Of a stretch of 64,000 bases of DNA, positions 58,576 to 64,000 are shown in pieces. The stretch is from assembly GCA_963668645.2 (NCBI GenBank), contig CAXXWC010000021.1:1504001-1568000 (forward strand), read 5' to 3'. Made by a program: the position numbers and the translations under genes. This stretch comes from Desulfobacterales bacterium. Its GTDB lineage: Bacteria; Desulfobacterota; Desulfobacteria; Desulfobacterales; UBA2174. Position 1 is the first letter of the stretch, and every line of letters begins with the position of its first letter. The notes under the pieces were generated by a model. The model saw only the letters and a program-made list of their open reading frames with translations. It was not told the DNA's origin and did not search any database.

Positions 58576-60747
58576 ATGTCCCGCTGGAACGGTGCAACCT
58601 ACTTTAAATTCTTCGTCTACCTGATCGTCGTGGTCTTGATAAACCTCGCCGGGCTGACCCTCTTCGCCCGCTTCGATCTGACCCGCAACCGGCTCTTCAG
58701 CCTCTCTGACGCCAGCCGCCATGTGGTCGGGGCATTGAGCGAACCGCTGACCATCAATGTCTTTTTCACCCGCAATCTGCCGGCACCACACAACGGCACC
58801 GAGCGCTACCTGCATGACCTGCTGGCCGAGTATGCCCGCCATGCCGGGCGGTACTTCAACTACCGCTTTTACGACGTGAGCCCCGACGAGGGTGATACTA
58901 CGGCTCTGGCCGAGGAAAACCGCCGCCTGGCCCGCAACTACGGGATCCAACCGGTGCAAATCCAGGCCATCGACAAAGACGAGGTCAAGTTCCAGAAGGC
59001 CTACATGGGGATGGTCTTGATCCACGGCGACGTCATCGAACGGCTGCAGGCCATCACCACCACCGATGGACTCGAGTACCGCATTACCACCGCCATCCAG
59101 AAGATGACCCGCAAGATCAGCGCCCTGCTGGCCATCGAGGACAAGATCCAGGTCCAGCTCTACCTGTCGTCCAGCCTCGGCACGGTAGCCCCCCTGATGG
59201 GGCTGAATGGATTGACCGACTTGCCCCGGACTCTCGAAGAGGTCGTCAAGCGGGTCAATAGCCGGCACTACCAGAAACTGGCCTTCGAACGCATCGATCC
59301 ACCTGCCGGAAAGGACATGGCTGCCCTGGGCCGGGAGCTGGACATCCTCACCTTGAAATGGCCGGCCGTGCCCAAACACCAGATCGACCCCGGCACCGGC
59401 AGCGTCGGCCTGGTGCTGCGCCACGCCGGCAAGCATATCAGCCTGCCGGTGGTTCAGGTGATCCAGATGCCGATTTTCGGCACCCAATACCAGATGACCC
59501 CGGAGGCCGGTCTGGAGTCCATGCTGGAAGACGGCATCGAAGCCCTGCTGGATATCAACGAGGATATCGGGGTGTTGGCCGGACACGGCACTTTGAACCT
59601 GAGCGGTCCGCCGTCCCGGGGCCCCATGGGACAGATCCAGGAAGAGCCCTTGGAGATCTTCCGTGGCCTGCTGACCCAGAACTACACCATCAAGCCGGTG
59701 GACGCGGCCGAAACGCCCATCGGGCCGGGGGTCAAGAGCCTGCTGATCCTGCGGCCCAGCCAGCCTCTCAGTGACTGGGCCCTTTACCAGATCAATCAGT
59801 TTCTCATGCGCGGAGGCGATCTTTTCGTGGTCATGGATCCGTTCAAGGAGCAGGCCCTGCCCGGCCGCCCGCCGATCTACCAGCCGGTGCAAAGCGGTCT
59901 GGAAAAGCTTTTGAACCACTGGGGGGTAAAGATCAAGCCGGCCTACGTGATGGATAAAAAGGCCTACCATCAACGGATGCCCCAGGAAATGGGGGGAGGC
60001 GAACAGACCCTCTATTTCGCCCCCTTGATCGAAAATCAGAATATCAACAACCATCTTCCCTTGATGCACAACATCCGCGGCCTGGTGGCCCTGCGCATCG
60101 CGCCGCTGGAACTGGACAGTGAACGGCTGAAGGCCACCGGGGTGACCGGAGAAGTCCTCTTCAGCTCATCGAAACACTCCTGGTTGATGCAAGAACCAAT
60201 CAACCTCAATCCCATGTTCGCCAACGCCCCACCCGAAACCGAGATGGGCGGCCCCTATCCCCTGGCCCTGCTTCTGGAAGGGGCTTTCCCGAGTTACTTC
60301 GAGGGCAAACCGATTCCGGTCAAGAAAAAAGCCGAAGATGCGGCAGAAAATCCGAAAACCGCACCCGACACGGCGGAAAAGGGACCGGAACTGGCCGGCA
60401 CCCCGGAAACGGGCGTCTTCATGGCCAAGGGACGCCCGGCGCGCATCTTCGTGATGGCCAGCGGCGAGATGCTTACCGACAAGATTCTCGATTCCGAAGG
60501 GCGCACCCCCAACAGTATTTTTATCCTTAATGCCGTCGACTATCTCAACCACCGCGAGGAACTGGCCCGCATGCGCAGCAAGGAGCAGCGTTTCAACCCC
60601 CTCGACCCGGTAAAGCCGGAAGCCAAGGCCCTGATCAAGGCGGTGCATATCCTGGGCCTGCCGCTGATGGTGATCGGTTTGGGGCTGCTGGTCTGGCTGG
60701 GCCGTGTCCGGCGGCAACGGCGCATCCAGAAGATGTTCGCGCAATGA
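58576..60747 (+). CDS. GldG-like ABC auxiliary protein
   Basis: N-terminal TM, RFDLT.N.LFSLS, LEY.IT.AI, C-terminal NAVDYL and TM helix. Confidence 0.88.
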   Translation: MSRWNGATYFKFFVYLIVVVLINLAGLTLFARFDLTRNRLFSLSDASRHVVGALSEPLTINVFFTRNLPAPHNGTERYLHDLLAEYARHAGRYFNYRFYDVSPDEGDTTALAEENRRLARNYGIQPVQIQAIDKDEVKFQKAYMGMVLIHGDVIERLQAITTTDGLEYRITTAIQKMTRKISALLAIEDKIQVQLYLSSSLGTVAPLMGLNGLTDLPRTLEEVVKRVNSRHYQKLAFERIDPPAGKDMAALGRELDILTLKWPAVPKHQIDPGTGSVGLVLRHAGKHISLPVVQVIQMPIFGTQYQMTPEAGLESMLEDGIEALLDINEDIGVLAGHGTLNLSGPPSRGPMGQIQEEPLEIFRGLLTQNYTIKPVDAAETPIGPGVKSLLILRPSQPLSDWALYQINQFLMRGGDLFVVMDPFKEQALPGRPPIYQPVQSGLEKLLNHWGVKIKPAYVMDKKAYHQRMPQEMGGGEQTLYFAPLIENQNINNHLPLMHNIRGLVALRIAPLELDSERLKATGVTGEVLFSSSKHSWLMQEPINLNPMFANAPPETEMGGPYPLALLLEGAFPSYFEGKPIPVKKKAEDAAENPKTAPDTAEKGPELAGTPETGVFMAKGRPARIFVMASGEMLTDKILDSEGRTPNSIFILNAVDYLNHREELARMRSKEQRFNPLDPVKPEAKALIKAVHILGLPLMVIGLGLLVWLGRVRRQRRIQKMFAQ

Positions 60748-61799
60748 GGCTCGGCATGGAGACCAAAGTGAAAAAAGAGTATCTCGTCCTGGCACTACTC
60801 ATCGTTGCGTTGTCCGGATACCTGTTCTGGCAGCGCCAGGAGCGCACCGCCTACAAGTTGCCGGCACTGCCGGCAGTGGAACGCGACGCCATTACCCGCA
60901 TCGAGATCGACCGCCCAGGACACCCCCAGGTCCACCTGAAGAGCGTCAACGGATCATGGCATGTCGGGGCCGAAGAATATGCCGCCGACGGCGACAAGAT
61001 CAAAGGGATGCTCGACATCATCTCCTCCTTGCAGCTCACCGCGCTGGTCTCCGAGACGCGCAGCTACGACCGCTACGAACTGGACGAGGCCCATCGCATC
61101 CGGGTACGGGCCTGGGCCGGCGACAACCTCAAGCGGGATATGGCCATCGGCAAATCGGCCCCCACCTACCGGCACACCTTCGTGAGAGTGGGCGAAGATC
61201 CCAGCGTCTACCATGCCCGGGAAGATTTCCGCGGACGCTTTGACCGCGACCTGGACCAGATGCGCGACAAAAGCGTGATGGCTTTTAAGCGCGATACGAT
61301 CCGGTCCTTGACGCTCCAGGCCGGCAGCGGCGAACCGGTGCGCTTTACCCGCCAGGGGCCGGCCGAATCCGCATCGGACAAGGATGCCAAGGAGGCCAAA
61401 GCGCCAGCGCCGCCCTGGCTGGACGCCAAGGGCCAGCCGGCCGACAGTGCCACCATCGACCAGGTACTGGGCAGCCTGGCGACCTTGGAATGTGCCGCCT
61501 ATCTCTACGACAAGACCAAGACCGACCTGGAAGGCAAAGATCCGCAATACATCCTGACCCTGGAAGGCGAAAAAAGCCTGCGCCTGGTCCTTTTCGCCCC
61601 CGAGGGTTCAGGTGAAGCCGAAAAACAGCGTGCCGCCATCTCATCGGAAAACGACTACCCCTTTCTGCTCTCGGCGTTTTTGAGCAAGGAACTCGCCGAG
61701 CAGATCGACAAGCTGACCGGCACGACCCCTTCCGGCGGCGCCGGCCAGGGGAAACCCGCAGAGGGGGAGGACCAGAATCGCGAAAGTCCGAAATCGTGA
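60744..61799 (+). CDS. DUF4340-like membrane-anchored protein
   Basis: N-terminal TM anchor; fourth gene of the GldAFG-like operon; ATGA overlap. Confidence 0.75.
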   Translation: MRLGMETKVKKEYLVLALLIVALSGYLFWQRQERTAYKLPALPAVERDAITRIEIDRPGHPQVHLKSVNGSWHVGAEEYAADGDKIKGMLDIISSLQLTALVSETRSYDRYELDEAHRIRVRAWAGDNLKRDMAIGKSAPTYRHTFVRVGEDPSVYHAREDFRGRFDRDLDQMRDKSVMAFKRDTIRSLTLQAGSGEPVRFTRQGPAESASDKDAKEAKAPAPPWLDAKGQPADSATIDQVLGSLATLECAAYLYDKTKTDLEGKDPQYILTLEGEKSLRLVLFAPEGSGEAEKQRAAISSENDYPFLLSAFLSKELAEQIDKLTGTTPSGGAGQGKPAEGEDQNRESPKS

Positions 61800-61824
61800 C
61801 CGGTCCTTTACGAAGGGTGCGTTG

Positions 61825-62826
61825 ATGCCATCACAAGAATGGAGTCCGGGCCGCCTGCTCCAGGTTTCCGGAGCTTACTGGCAAACCTGCGCCCTGCATG
61901 CCGCCGTAAAGCTCGGGGTGTTCACCGCCCTTGGACGAGACCGGCTCGACGCGGCCCAGGCGACTGAACGGCTCGGCACCCAGGAGCGGGCCACCGCCAT
62001 GCTCCTCAACGCCCTGGCGGCCATGGGGCTGCTGGAAAAGGCCCGGGGGCTGTACGCCAACACCGAGGCCGCCAAACGCTTCCTGGTGCGCGACACACCC
62101 GGCTATGTGGGCCATATGATCCTGCACCACCACCATCTGGCGCCATCCTGGGTCCAACTGGACCGGGCAGTGCGCGACGGCTCTGCGGTGCGCGAGAGGG
62201 CCTCTTCCGGTTCCGGCAAGCCGGAAATGCGTGAAGCCTTTTTGATGGGCATGTTCAACAACGCCATGCTCCAAGCCCCGGACGTGGCGGCTGCGGTCGA
62301 TCTTGCCGGCCGCCGGCACCTGCTCGACCTCGGCGGCGGCCCGGGCACCTACGCCATCCATTTCTGCCAGGCCAATCCGGCACTGAAGGCCACGGTCTTC
62401 GATCTTCCCACCACCGGCTTTTTTGCCGAAAGAACCGTTGCCCGCTTCGATCTGAGCCAGCGGATCACCTTCGCCGGCGGCGACTTTCACAGTGATCGGC
62501 TGCCGCAAGGATTCGATGCCGCCTGGCTTTCACACGTACTCCACGGCGAAGCCCCCGAGGCCGCGGCCGCCATCGTGCGCAAGGCCGCCAAAGCCCTGGA
62601 ACCGGGCGGGCTGCTGATGATTCATGAATTCATCTTGGACGACACAGCCGACGGCCCCCTGTTTGCCACCCTTTTCTCCCTCAACATGCTCCTGAACACC
62701 CAGGGCGGTCAAAGCTACACCGACGGCGAAATCCGGCAGATGCTGGCTGCGGCCGGAGGCCGGCAGATCCGGCGTCTCGGTTTTCGCGGTCCCACCGATT
62801 CGGGGATCATTTGCGCCACAGTCTAA
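61825..62826 (+). CDS. O-methyltransferase (Methyltransf_2 with dimerisation domain)
   Basis: ALHAAVKLGVF, LLDLGGGPG, GGDF, SHVLH and ALEPGG motifs. Confidence 0.9.
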   Translation: MPSQEWSPGRLLQVSGAYWQTCALHAAVKLGVFTALGRDRLDAAQATERLGTQERATAMLLNALAAMGLLEKARGLYANTEAAKRFLVRDTPGYVGHMILHHHHLAPSWVQLDRAVRDGSAVRERASSGSGKPEMREAFLMGMFNNAMLQAPDVAAAVDLAGRRHLLDLGGGPGTYAIHFCQANPALKATVFDLPTTGFFAERTVARFDLSQRITFAGGDFHSDRLPQGFDAAWLSHVLHGEAPEAAAAIVRKAAKALEPGGLLMIHEFILDDTADGPLFATLFSLNMLLNTQGGQSYTDGEIRQMLAAAGGRQIRRLGFRGPTDSGIICATV

Positions 62827-63965
62827 ACGCGTCTCACCCCGGCCCCCCCGCCCTGATCCGCCGGAACCTGGACCTGTGGTACCGGACCCATCGGCGCGAC
62901 CTGCCGTGGCGGCGCACTACGGATCCTTACGCCATCTGGGTTTCGGAGGTCATGCTGCAGCAGACCCAGGTGGCCACGGTGATCCCCTATTATGAGCGCT
63001 GGCTGGCTCGATTTGAAAGCATCGGCCATCTGGCGGCCGCAGACCTGCAAACGGTTCTCAAATCATGGGAAGGACTGGGCTACTATGCCCGGGCGCGCAA
63101 CTTTCACCGGGCCGCACAAATTGTGGCCCAACGCTACGAGGGCCGCATTCCCGAAGATGTGGCCGCTTTCCGGGCCCTGCCCGGGGTGGGAGACTACATC
63201 GCGGCGGCGGTGTTGAGCATCGCCTTCCACCACCCCCTGGCGGTTGTGGACGGCAATGTCAAAAGGGTCCTGGCCCGTTTTCTAAAGCTCGAAACGCCAG
63301 CAAACGCGCCAAGGGCCCACAGGATGTTCGCCCCCCTGGCGGCGCAATGGCTCGATCCGCTACGTCCCGGACGGTCCAATCAGGCCGTGATGGAACTCGG
63401 GGCCCTGGTCTGCACGCCACGCCGGCCCCGGTGCGGCGGCTGTCCTTTGGCGTTCGGTTGCCTCTCGCTGGCAGATGGCTGCCAGGCAGAATATCCGCGC
63501 CGGCTGGCAAAAAAGCCGGCCCCCGAGCATCGCTTGGCCACGGCCGTTATTTTCAAAAATGGCCGGTTGCTCATCGTTCAACGCCCTCTGGATGGGTTGC
63601 TGGGCGGGCTGTGGGAATTTCCCGCGGTGCGCCTTGCCGCCGGTCTGACACCCGAGGCCGCCTGCACCGCGTTGATCTGTGAGATGCTGAACATCCAGGT
63701 CCGGATCGAGGATCATCTCGGGCGCATCCGCCACGCCTACACCCATTTCAGGATCGTGGCCGAGGTGCTGCGCTGCGCATGGCAAGCCGGCCGGGTCCGG
63801 CGCCGCGGGCCGGCGGATCATCGCTGGGTGAAGCCCGGCCAGCTTGCCGGGTATCCACTGACCGGAGCGGCCCGCAAGGTGCAAGAGCGTGTTTTCGCCT
63901 CGTGTGACAATGACCCGGCCCGCGCCTTGGTGCCCCTCAAGGTTGAATTGGATCCCCGCGGCTGA
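62811..63965 (+). CDS. mutY: A/G-specific adenine glycosylase
   Basis: WVSEVMLQQTQV, GLGYYARARN, LPGVGDY, VDGNVKRV, 4Fe-4S C-x6-C-x2-C-x5-C, GLWEFP and H.YTHF motifs; start uncertain. Confidence 0.96.
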   Translation: MRHSLNASHPGPPALIRRNLDLWYRTHRRDLPWRRTTDPYAIWVSEVMLQQTQVATVIPYYERWLARFESIGHLAAADLQTVLKSWEGLGYYARARNFHRAAQIVAQRYEGRIPEDVAAFRALPGVGDYIAAAVLSIAFHHPLAVVDGNVKRVLARFLKLETPANAPRAHRMFAPLAAQWLDPLRPGRSNQAVMELGALVCTPRRPRCGGCPLAFGCLSLADGCQAEYPRRLAKKPAPEHRLATAVIFKNGRLLIVQRPLDGLLGGLWEFPAVRLAAGLTPEAACTALICEMLNIQVRIEDHLGRIRHAYTHFRIVAEVLRCAWQAGRVRRRGPADHRWVKPGQLAGYPLTGAARKVQERVFASCDNDPARALVPLKVELDPRG

Positions 63966-64000
63966 TCAATGGCCGCACTTTATTCATTTCCCGCCATGAT

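Overview
A 64 kb chromosomal window from a GC-rich anaerobe. Gene content (acyl-CoA ligases, acyl-CoA dehydrogenase, FadF/EMO-ETF, AOR, PPDK) points to a fatty-acid-oxidising Desulfobacterota member; this is an inference. Left to right: two acyl-CoA ligases, rpe and recX; a visibly AT-richer surface-glycan island (~5.0-25.3 kb) holding an HTH-nucleotidyltransferase-like regulator, a Phd antitoxin with an amber-inactivated VapC, an AlbA_2/HATPase pseudogene, wzm/wzt, an orphan NeuA-like cytidylyltransferase with two oxidoreductases, several methyl- and glycosyltransferases and a scrambled methyltransferase pseudogene; NRDE, AOR, a metallophosphoesterase, a ChoD-like GMC oxidoreductase and tRNA-Asn; a TetR(FadR)-acd-fadF-etfBA beta-oxidation block with three Bacillus-FadR-like operators; two porins interleaved with two paralogous FG-GAP proteins; an MBL hydrolase, DUF4139, ppdK, ahcY, a GldAFG-like ABC system, an O-methyltransferase and mutY. 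The main finding is at 46.15-47.55 kb. A 96-aa stand-alone GIY-YIG nuclease gene sits between two different, inward-facing CGTC-tagged REP hairpins (A and B). Three 'empty' A-spacer-B copies and tandemly amplified half-sites surround it. This looks like an autonomous/non-autonomous selfish element pair in which a GIY-YIG nuclease, not a RAYT transposase, is the candidate mobiliser of CGTC-type REPs. Other notable points are a probable ATC start codon for the FadR-like repressor and identical untranslated GAAAGGAGGTGA (STAB-SD-like) motifs in both porin leaders. Family assignments come from motif recognition by eye, not database searches.
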